Position numbers and translations under genes: made by a program. The notes beneath the pieces were generated by a model, which was not told the origin of the DNA, searched no databases, and saw only the letters and a program-made list of their open reading frames with translations. Positions 1-7,330 of a stretch of DNA of 45,494 bases are shown piece by piece. This DNA is from an uncultured Eubacterium sp. (GTDB lineage Bacteria > Bacillota > Clostridia > Oscillospirales > Acutalibacteraceae), in assembly GCA_910577215.1 (NCBI GenBank), contig CAJTMQ010000005.1, positions 244 to 45,737 of the forward strand, in the 5' to 3' direction. Positions within the stretch are counted from its first letter, which is position 1; each line of letters begins with the position of its first letter.

Positions 1-1077
1 GCCGAGGGACTTCCCGGCAAGCGCTATTACGGCGGATGCCAGTATGTTGATATCGTTGAGAAAATTGCTATAGACAGAGCCTGTGAGCTTTTTGGTGCAA
101 ATTATGCCAATGTGCAGGCACATTCAGGTGCGCAGGCAAATACGGCAGTTTATCTTGCTCTTCTTAAACCGGGCGATACCGTTATGGGTATGAGCCTTGA
201 TAACGGCGGTCATTTAACGCACGGCTCACCTGCAAATATCAGCGGTAAGTATTTCAATTTTGTGCCTTATGGTGTTAATGATGAAGGCTATATTGATATG
301 GCAGAATTTGCAAAGCAGGTTAACAGAGTTAAGCCAAAACTTGTTGTTGCTGGTGCTTCTGCTTACCCGCGTGCAATAGATTTTAAAACAATGGCTGATA
401 TTGCACACGCAAACGGTGCAATGTTTATGGTTGATATGGCGCATATAGCAGGTCTTGTGGCAGCAGGTCTTCATCAGAGCCCTGTTCCTTATGCGGATGT
501 TGTTACAACAACAACTCATAAAACCTTAAGAGGTCCGAGAGGCGGTCTTATTCTCTGCAATAATGAATATCTTATTAAAAAGCTTAATTCTGCTGTGTTC
601 CCGGGTACTCAGGGCGGTCCTTTAATGCATGTTATTGCGGGTAAGGCTGTTTGTTTCGGTGAGGCTCTTAAGCCTGAATTTAAGGAATATCAGCAGAGAG
701 TTATAAATAATACCAAGGCACTTGCAAAGGGTCTTACAAGCAGAGGTCTTAACCTTGTTTCAGGCGGAACCGATAACCACCTTGTGCTGCTTTCACTTAT
801 CGGCACAGGTGTTACGGGAAAAGAACTTGAAGCAAGACTTGATGAGGTGCACATCACGCTCAACAAGAATACGGTTCCTAATGAGCCGCTTTCTCCGTTC
901 GTTACATCAGGTGTACGTATCGGTACGCCTGCTGCAACAACAAGAGGTCTTAATGAAGAAGATTTTGAAAAGATTTCAGAGTTTATTTATCTTGCAGTTA
1001 CTGATTTTGAAAATCAGAAGGATTATATCAATAAGGGTGTTGCAGAAATCTGTGCAAAATATCCTCTTTATGAATAA
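1..1077 (+). CDS. glyA: Serine hydroxymethyltransferase (5'-truncated by window edge)
   Basis: Frame 1 is open from base 1 ([13 protein letters not shown]...). Contains [17 protein letters not shown] and the PLP-lysine motif [14 protein letters not shown], plus SGVRIGTPA. Confidence 0.98.
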   Translation, partial: AEGLPGKRYYGGCQYVDIVEKIAIDRACELFGANYANVQAHSGAQANTAVYLALLKPGDTVMGMSLDNGGHLTHGSPANISGKYFNFVPYGVNDEGYIDMAEFAKQVNRVKPKLVVAGASAYPRAIDFKTMADIAHANGAMFMVDMAHIAGLVAAGLHQSPVPYADVVTTTTHKTLRGPRGGLILCNNEYLIKKLNSAVFPGTQGGPLMHVIAGKAVCFGEALKPEFKEYQQRVINNTKALAKGLTSRGLNLVSGGTDNHLVLLSLIGTGVTGKELEARLDEVHITLNKNTVPNEPLSPFVTSGVRIGTPAATTRGLNEEDFEKISEFIYLAVTDFENQKDYINKGVAEICAKYPLYE

Positions 1078-1110
1078 TTAATTTAACTTTCGGTAAAGGA
1101 GTGAGAAAAA

Positions 1111-2301
1111 GTGACCGTATTGTTCGCAAAAATATTCGGCGTAATTATGGGCTGTATTTATTCTGTTTTTAAGCTTGGTAAAACAGAGAATAAGGTTACT
1201 TTTATCTCACGCCAGAGCGAAACTCCGTCAATGGATTTCCGATATATTATTGATGAACTGAAAACAAATTATCCGCAGTATAAAGTTGATGTATTATGTA
1301 AAATGATACCGTCGGGAATTTTCGGAAAGGCTTTATATTTATTTGAAATGCTTCGGCAGATGAAGGCTCTTGCAACATCAAGGGTTGTTGTACTTGACGG
1401 ATATTGCATTCTTGCCTGTATGCTGAAGCATAAAAGTGATTTGAAAATCATTCAGCTCTGGCATGCACTTGGCTCGTTCAAACGCTTCGGCAAGTCCATA
1501 CTTGATATGGAGGGCGGAAGCTCAAGCGTGGTAGCCAATGCGTTTAAAATGCATAATAATTATGATTTGATTGCCGCTAGCGGTGATGAATGTGTTAAAT
1601 ACTTTTCACAGGCGTTTGGGCAGCCAAAGGAAAAATTCATTCCTATCGGCATACCGAGGATGGATTATTTAACAGACGAAAATGAAACACAGCGTTTAAA
1701 AATCGATATTTATAAGGCTTATCCTGAACTGGATAACAGCAAAAAGAATATTCTGTATGTGCCTACCTTCAGAGATACTGATGAGGATACGGCAGAGCTC
1801 CGCAAGGCAACACAGGAGCTTATTTATGCGGTAGATTATTCAGAATATAACCTTATAGTTAAGCATCACGTTGTGGATACAAACAAGGAAGAAATCTATA
1901 TTGACTCACCTGATAATGAAAAGGTAAGTGAGCAGTTTACAGGTATGGATTTTATGGCAGTTGCAGATGCAGTTGTAACCGATTACAGCTCTATAATTTA
2001 TGAAGCACTGCTTAAAAATCTGCCGATATATATTTATTGCTTTGACAGTGATAAGTATCTTGATGAACGCGGCTTTTATATTGATTTCTGGAATGATATT
2101 CCTGCGGCATATTCAAAAAATGCGCAGGGAATTATTAAAGAAATCGTGTATAAAAATTCCGTTTCTGCCGAGATAACAGAGCAGTTTAAAAAAGATTATG
2201 TAAATAAAAAATTCCCTTCAATAACAAAAGTTTACGGTGAAATTATTGATGAGCTTATAAAGGGGACATATGATAACCGTTATAATTATAAGGACGTATA
2301 A
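1111..2301 (+). CDS. CDP-glycerol/ribitol:poly(polyol-phosphate) phosphotransferase, TagB/TagF/TarL family
   Basis: Motifs QLWHALGSFKRFG, GIPRMD, LYVPTFR, VKHH, VTDYSS. GTG start after an AAGGAG RBS. Confidence 0.88.
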   Translation: MTVLFAKIFGVIMGCIYSVFKLGKTENKVTFISRQSETPSMDFRYIIDELKTNYPQYKVDVLCKMIPSGIFGKALYLFEMLRQMKALATSRVVVLDGYCILACMLKHKSDLKIIQLWHALGSFKRFGKSILDMEGGSSSVVANAFKMHNNYDLIAASGDECVKYFSQAFGQPKEKFIPIGIPRMDYLTDENETQRLKIDIYKAYPELDNSKKNILYVPTFRDTDEDTAELRKATQELIYAVDYSEYNLIVKHHVVDTNKEEIYIDSPDNEKVSEQFTGMDFMAVADAVVTDYSSIIYEALLKNLPIYIYCFDSDKYLDERGFYIDFWNDIPAAYSKNAQGIIKEIVYKNSVSAEITEQFKKDYVNKKFPSITKVYGEIIDELIKGTYDNRYNYKDV

Positions 2302-2303
2302 AA

Positions 2304-3431
2304 ATGAATAAGCTTTTATCTTCGTTTTACCCTATGCTTCAAAGGGCAAGATTTTTTAAGTTTATATCACTGTTTAATAAGGCGAAAAGAGCACCGCTTG
2401 AAGAAAATAAAATTCTTATGTTCACAACCTCGCGCGGAAAGCTCGGCGGAAACCTTATTGCCATAAAAAATTATATTGAAAATAACAATATACCGTGTCA
2501 AGTAACTGCCTTTACAAGCGTTGATATGCCTGATGATAAAGCAGTTGCATATGAAATGGCAACAAGTAAGTTTATTCTTGTTGATGATTTTGAACCGATT
2601 GTTTACGTTCTCAAGCTTCGTGAAAATCAGCATCTTGTGCAGGTTTGGCACGCTATGGGTGCATTTAAAAAATTCGGTTACAGCAGAAAATCTGCAGAAA
2701 AAAATTCTTTAACACATAAAAATTATACAGAAGCAATTGTTTCTTCTCCCGAAATCTCTGCCGTTTATGCACAGGCGTTTGGCATTGATGAAAGCAGAAT
2801 AAAGCCTGTTGGTGTTCCGAGAACGGATATGCTTTTTGATGAAGATTATAAGGCAAAAACCATTGCAAGGCTTTACGAAAAGGAACCAAGGCTTAAAGAT
2901 AAAAAGATATGCCTTTTTGCACCAACCTTCAGGGGAAGTAATGTTCACGATGCTTATTATCCCAATGATTTTCTTCATATAGAAAAGCTTTTAAATGAGC
3001 TTGGTGATGATTGGGCAGTCATTGTAAAATATCATCCGTTTATAAAAAATCCTCCCGAGATTCCCGAAAGTGTTAAAAACAGCGTGTTTGATTTCGGTGA
3101 TGAACGTGAGATTAATGATATTCTTTTTATAACAGATGTGCTTGTAACAGATTATTCATCTGTTATTTTTGAAAATGCAATTTTGAATAATCCGCTGGTG
3201 CTCTATGCTCCCGATTTGGAGGAGTATGACGGCGAGCGTGGATTTTATTTTGAATATAATGCCTATTCCTGCGGGCAGATTGTTAAAAGGGAAAGTGACC
3301 TTGCTGCGGCAATCAGAAATGCAGGAAGCAATAATGAAAAAATGGAAGAATTCAGAAAACGCTTTGTTTCTTTGTGTGACGGAAATTCGTGCAGGCGTTT
3401 TGCTGAAGAAATTTTAAAGGCGAAATCATGA
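2304..3431 (+). CDS. Second CDP-glycerol/ribitol phosphotransferase, TagF/TarL family
   Basis: Motifs QVWHAMGAFKKFGYSR, GVPRTD, LFAPTFRG, VKYHP, VTDYSSV, YAPDLEEY. Starts 2 nt after the upstream paralog. Confidence 0.9.
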   Translation: MNKLLSSFYPMLQRARFFKFISLFNKAKRAPLEENKILMFTTSRGKLGGNLIAIKNYIENNNIPCQVTAFTSVDMPDDKAVAYEMATSKFILVDDFEPIVYVLKLRENQHLVQVWHAMGAFKKFGYSRKSAEKNSLTHKNYTEAIVSSPEISAVYAQAFGIDESRIKPVGVPRTDMLFDEDYKAKTIARLYEKEPRLKDKKICLFAPTFRGSNVHDAYYPNDFLHIEKLLNELGDDWAVIVKYHPFIKNPPEIPESVKNSVFDFGDEREINDILFITDVLVTDYSSVIFENAILNNPLVLYAPDLEEYDGERGFYFEYNAYSCGQIVKRESDLAAAIRNAGSNNEKMEEFRKRFVSLCDGNSCRRFAEEILKAKS

Positions 3432-4615
3432 GTTACGAGTTATCAAAAAAGTATGCAAATCTGAAGCCATCTGCAGTAAGGGAAATACTTAAAGCAACAA
3501 GCCAGCCGGGGATGATTGCCTTTGCCGGCGGTTCACCTGCGGTTGAAGCGTTTCCGTGCGAAGAGGTGCAGCTTCTTTCAAATAAAATATTAAGTGAAAA
3601 CCCAGTTGCAGCACTTGTTTACGGTGTTTCGGAAGGGTATGAGCCGTTAAGAAATCACGTTAAGCAATGGTTGAAAGAAAGAGAACATGTCGGCAGTGAG
3701 GATGATGTTGTTTTAATTACCTCGGGCGGTACACAGGTTATGGATATTGCCACTCGCGTACTTACTTCGGAGGGAGATGCCGTTATCTGCGAGGATCCGT
3801 CATTCATAGGCTCTTTGAACTGTTTTCGCTCCCATGGCTGTGAGCTTGTAGGTGTTCCGATTGATGCGGATGGTATGAATATTGAAGCACTTGAAAAGGC
3901 AGTTAAAAATACGCCGAATGCTAAATTTATTTATACAATTCCTAATTTCCAGAACCCGGGCGGTACAACGCTGAGCCTTGAAAAACGCAGAAAAATGTAT
4001 GAAATTGCAAAGGAAAACAATCTTGTTATTCTGGAAGATAATCCTTACGGCAATTTAAGAGTTGAGGGTGAGGATGTGCCGTCAATCAAAAGTATGGATA
4101 CAGACGGAATCGTAGTTTACGCAGGCTCCTTTTCAAAAATTCTTGCACCCGGTATAAGAGTTGCCTATGCGGTTGTTCCAAAAAAAATGGCAGGTGCGTT
4201 CACAATCGGAAAGCAGGTTTCGGATGTTCATTCGGGTGTGCTTAATCAGATGATTGTTTCACGCTGGTTTGATGAGTATGATGTTGATGTGCATATTGAA
4301 AATATCAGGCAGATTTACCGCAGAAAGCTGAATCTTATGTGTGACTGCCTTGATAAATACTGCGGTGATTTTATATCATATGTAAGGCCGCAGGGTGGTT
4401 TATTCATCTGGGCAAGATTGCCCGAAAATGTTGATATGCTTGAATATGTAAATAAACTTATAGAACGCAGGGTTGCAGTTGTTCCCGGTACAGCTTTTAT
4501 GACGGATGACACTGCACCATGCCATTACATCCGCCTTAATTTTTCAACACCTGCCGATGAGGATATTATTAAAGGAGTTGAAATTATGGGTGAAATTGCA
4601 AAAGAATATAATTAA
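3428..4615 (+). CDS. PLP-dependent class I aminotransferase (LysN/Aro8/MocR-type, 2-aminoadipate transaminase-like)
   Basis: PSAVREILK, FAGGSP, IPNFQNPGG, ILEDNPY, GSFSKILAPGIR (PLP Lys), PQGGLFIW, IRLNFS. No N-terminal HTH. Confidence 0.88.
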   Translation: MSYELSKKYANLKPSAVREILKATSQPGMIAFAGGSPAVEAFPCEEVQLLSNKILSENPVAALVYGVSEGYEPLRNHVKQWLKEREHVGSEDDVVLITSGGTQVMDIATRVLTSEGDAVICEDPSFIGSLNCFRSHGCELVGVPIDADGMNIEALEKAVKNTPNAKFIYTIPNFQNPGGTTLSLEKRRKMYEIAKENNLVILEDNPYGNLRVEGEDVPSIKSMDTDGIVVYAGSFSKILAPGIRVAYAVVPKKMAGAFTIGKQVSDVHSGVLNQMIVSRWFDEYDVDVHIENIRQIYRRKLNLMCDCLDKYCGDFISYVRPQGGLFIWARLPENVDMLEYVNKLIERRVAVVPGTAFMTDDTAPCHYIRLNFSTPADEDIIKGVEIMGEIAKEYN

Positions 4616-4628
4616 AAGGTGAAATATA

Positions 4629-5636
4629 ATGGAAGAAAATAAAACAGAAAGAAAGAAAAGAAGCCTGTCACTCATTCAGCCTACATCAGTTCCGACTCTT
4701 GGAAATTATCTTGGAGCAATGAAGGGATGGCCGTCCTTTCAGGAGGAGTTTGATACGGTTTACGGTGTTGCCGATCTGCATTCAATAACTGTTCGTCAGG
4801 AACCAAAGAAGTTAAGACAGCAGACACTTGAGCTCTATGCAATGCTGCTTGCAGTAGGTCTTGATCCTGAAAAGGGAATCGTTTTTGTTCAGTCACAGGT
4901 GCCTGCACATTCGCAGCTTGCTTGGTTGCTTAACTGCTATACCCAGTTCGGCGAACTCAGCAGAATGACGCAGTTTAAGGATAAATCCTCACAGCACAGT
5001 GATAATGTTAATGCAGGTTTGTTTACATATCCATGCCTTATGGCTGCCGACATTCTTCTTTATCAGGCAGATATTGTTCCTGTAGGTGCGGATCAAAAGC
5101 AGCACGTGGAAATCTGCCGCGATATTGCAAACCGCTTCAACGGAGTTTACGGGAATGTATTCACAGTTCCTGAGCCTGTTATTCAGAAGAATGGTGCAAG
5201 AGTTATGAGCCTTGCAGACCCAACAAGAAAAATGAGCAAGTCAGATCCTAACCCTAAGGGTACTGTATACCTGACCGACGAACCGAACGTAATTATGAAG
5301 AAGTTCAAGTCTGCTGTTACGGACAGTGAAATGAGCGTTCGTTATGCAGAGGGTAAGGACGGAATAAATAATCTTATGACGATTTATTCTGCAATAACCG
5401 GTGACAGCTTTGAAAAGATTGAAGCAGATTTTTCAGGCAAGGGCTACGGTGATTTCAAAACCGCAGTGGGCGAGGCTGTTGTTGAAGAACTCAGACCTGT
5501 TCAGGAAAAATTCAAGCAGTATATGAATGATAAGGCATATCTGACCGAATGCCAGAAAAACGGTGCTGAATTTGCTTCCCGCATTGCCGGCAGAACTCTT
5601 AATAAGGCAATGAAGAAAATAGGATTTTTGATTTAA
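4629..5636 (+). CDS. trpS: Tryptophanyl-tRNA synthetase
   Basis: QPT..TLGNYLGA (HIGH variant), ADLHSIT, YPCLMAADIL, VPVGADQKQH, KMSKS. Confidence 0.97.
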   Translation: MEENKTERKKRSLSLIQPTSVPTLGNYLGAMKGWPSFQEEFDTVYGVADLHSITVRQEPKKLRQQTLELYAMLLAVGLDPEKGIVFVQSQVPAHSQLAWLLNCYTQFGELSRMTQFKDKSSQHSDNVNAGLFTYPCLMAADILLYQADIVPVGADQKQHVEICRDIANRFNGVYGNVFTVPEPVIQKNGARVMSLADPTRKMSKSDPNPKGTVYLTDEPNVIMKKFKSAVTDSEMSVRYAEGKDGINNLMTIYSAITGDSFEKIEADFSGKGYGDFKTAVGEAVVEELRPVQEKFKQYMNDKAYLTECQKNGAEFASRIAGRTLNKAMKKIGFLI

Positions 5637-5644
5637 TAAAGACA

Positions 5645-5671
5645 AGGGCGGATATTATCCGCCCTGTTTTT
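5645..5671 (+). terminator. Rho-independent terminator after trpS
   Basis: AGGGCGGAT-att-ATCCGCCCT stem followed by GTTTTT, 8 nt after the trpS stop. Confidence 0.8.
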
Positions 5672-5700
5672 GTTGTAAATATTCAGATTTTTAAATGCTT

Positions 5701-5780
5701 GTAGGGAGCGATGACCACATTGCTCCGCTTTTTTGTATTTTTTATTTATACATTCGGTACGATGTGATTATTGTACCTCG
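5701..5780. repeat. Degenerate inverted pair of GTAG-type REP-like hairpins
   Basis: GTAG-GGAGCGATG-acca-CATTGCTCC (5701-5726) and an oppositely oriented related hairpin GGTACGAT-gtgatt-ATTGTACC (5756-5777). Confidence 0.5.
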
Positions 5781-5954
5781 AAAAAATTTATATCATAAAA
5801 TTTTTATACACTTAAACCTACGGAATTTTGTAAAATATTCAATAATGTTACATGGATTTTTCTACAAACTTCTAATTTTTATAATGTTATTATGTTTTTA
5901 CTTACTTTCATATTAAAAGTCTTTTGATTAAACTTCAAGAGATAAAAAGAAATC

Positions 5955-5983
5955 TTGTATAAATTAATCTTTTGTGGTATTAT
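5955..5983 (+). promoter_or_regulatory. sigma-A promoter for the small ORF/zeta-like kinase pair
   Basis: TTGTAT-17 nt-TATTAT with an extended -10 TG. AAAGGAG RBS at 5995-6001. Confidence 0.65.
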
Positions 5984-6011
5984 CTACTAGTTTGAAAGGA
6001 GTACTTTTTAT

Positions 6012-6188
6012 ATGTGTGAAAGAAAAACTATTAAAGAAGATGAGCTTGATATAGTGTTTGCTAAAGCAGCAGATTTAGTTATACAAAAAAAGAAGTTAAA
6101 AGGTGTTCCTATTTCCAGATATGATATAAAAACAAAAAGAGCTTATTTGGAATATCCGGACGGAAGGGTCGTTTATGCCGAAGCCTGA
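6012..6188 (+). CDS. Small 58-aa protein absent from the ORF track, putative antitoxin/partner of the downstream kinase
   Basis: Manually translated: MCERKTIKEDELDIVFAKAADLVIQKKKLKGVPISRYDIKTKRAYLEYPDGRVVYAEA*. Has a good RBS and promoter, and its stop overlaps the start of 6175 by 14 nt. Confidence 0.8.
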   Translation: MCERKTIKEDELDIVFAKAADLVIQKKKLKGVPISRYDIKTKRAYLEYPDGRVVYAEA

Positions 6189-6756
6189 AATTGTTGTAAT
6201 TGCCGGTCCGAATGGTAGTGGAAAAAGCACTTATACAGAATTTATCGTAGGACCAAATCAATTTGCTGATGAATCATTTGAGTACATTAATGCTGATGAT
6301 ATTCAGAAATCCACAAATTGCGATGCATTAGATGCGGCTGTTTTAGCAACCGAAAAAAGAGAAACTGCATTAAAAGAAAAAAGAAACTTTGCTTTTGAAA
6401 CAGTTCTTTCGACCAGAAGGAATTTAGACCTTTTGATAAAAGCAAAGGAGCAGGGATATTTTATAAGATGTTTTTACTTTCTTACCGCAAACGCTTCAAT
6501 TAATGTTCACAGAATTAATTCAAGAGTTGAGGAAGGTGGGCATGGAGTACCCGAAGAAAAAATCAGATCCAGATATGCCAAGGCACTGTCCTTAATTCCG
6601 GAATTAGTGAATGTGTGTGATTCATTAAATGTTTGGGATAACTCAACTGAAAAGCCGTACAGAATTTTTAGAAAGAAAAAAGATTGTATTGATATTTTTG
6701 AAAATCCTATTTGGGATATGGATGAGATTGAAAAATTAACAAGAATTAATGATTAA
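6175..6756 (+). CDS. Zeta-toxin-like / AAA_33 P-loop kinase (COG4185-like)
   Basis: Walker A AGPNGSGKST, INADDI, FAFETVLS, RVEEGGHGVPEEKIRSRY, WDNS. Confidence 0.85.
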   Translation: MPKPEIVVIAGPNGSGKSTYTEFIVGPNQFADESFEYINADDIQKSTNCDALDAAVLATEKRETALKEKRNFAFETVLSTRRNLDLLIKAKEQGYFIRCFYFLTANASINVHRINSRVEEGGHGVPEEKIRSRYAKALSLIPELVNVCDSLNVWDNSTEKPYRIFRKKKDCIDIFENPIWDMDEIEKLTRIND

Positions 6757-6791
6757 AATAGTGTTGGAGTGATTTCTCCAACACTATTTTT
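6755..6791 (+). terminator. Rho-independent terminator after the kinase gene
   Basis: Perfect 15-bp inverted repeat AAAATAGTGTTGGAG-tgattt-CTCCAACACTATTTT. Confidence 0.85.
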
Positions 6792-6976
6792 GTATAATCT
6801 GTATCATGAGAAAGGATTACAGTATTTACCAATCTGCAGATTAAAACTATACCGCAAGATTGAACTCATATGTAAGATGCTGTGGTTGATTTGGATTCTC
6901 CAATATGATTTTGCTAAATATACTGATAGTACAGAACACATTATATATAATATGGTATGCTTAATGTCGCAAAAGT

Positions 6977-7007
6977 AAAAAGGCTTTAACCCAAATAGTT
7001 AAAGCCT
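6977..7007 (-). terminator. Terminator of the minus-strand HTH gene
   Basis: AGGCTTTAAC-ccaaata-GTTAAAGCCT 10-bp stem with an A-run on its left (U-tail on the minus strand). Confidence 0.75.
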
Positions 7008-7009
7008 GT

Positions 7010-7210
7010 TTAATCTTCAATATATTCTAAAATATCTTCAACTCTGCATTTTAAAATTTTGCATAAATCATCAATTGTGAGAGTGCTTATACCTTGATTT
7101 TTTCTTAGTCTGTTAATTGTTGCACTACTTACATTATGTTTTTGAATCAGCGCATATGTGCTGATTTCTTTTTCTTTTATTGTATTCCAAAATGGTTCAT
7201 AAGTTATCAT
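7010..7210 (-). CDS. Cro/C1-type (HTH_26/XRE) transcriptional regulator, 66 aa
   Basis: MITYEPFWNTIKEKEISTYAL...VSSATINRLRKNQGISTLTIDDLCKILKCRVEDILEY. Start re-set to the ATG at 7210, preceded by a GGTGA RBS. Confidence 0.88.
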   Translation of the reverse strand: MITYEPFWNTIKEKEISTYALIQKHNVSSATINRLRKNQGISTLTIDDLCKILKCRVEDILEYIED

Positions 7211-7235
7211 TTTTATCACCATTTTAATATTAAAA

Positions 7236-7303
7236 TATAGTCTGATACTTGACAATAGTACAGATTATGACTATAATTAAATATGGTCACAAAGCTGACT
7301 ATA
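7236..7303. promoter_or_regulatory. Three palindromic operators, consensus TATAGTC-N8-GACTATA
   Basis: 7236 TATAGTC-tgatactt-GACAATA; 7254 AATAGTA-cagattat-GACTATA; 7282 TATGGTC-acaaagct-GACTATA. Confidence 0.75.
7249..7277 (+). promoter_or_regulatory. Consensus sigma-A promoter for the GLUG-repeat gene
   Basis: TTGACA (7249-7254)-17 nt-TATAAT (7272-7277), a perfect consensus. Confidence 0.88.
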
Positions 7304-7330
7304 AAATACTAAAAGTATGGAGAAAGAAGA

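Noticed and set aside
5695..5916. 73-aa hydrophobic ORF after trpS (possible type I toxin or membrane peptide)
   Set aside because: No RBS, it runs through the REP-like hairpins, and the F/I/L/Y richness is what AT-rich non-coding DNA gives by chance.
6769..6978. 69-aa ORF downstream of the zeta-like kinase
   Set aside because: It starts inside the terminator hairpin and has no recognisable motif. It may be a decayed remnant but cannot be supported as a gene.
7236..7303. Short repeats as a mini-CRISPR array or iterons
   Set aside because: They are three overlapping or adjacent palindromes without unique 30-40 nt spacers, and there is no cas or rep gene. An operator interpretation fits better.
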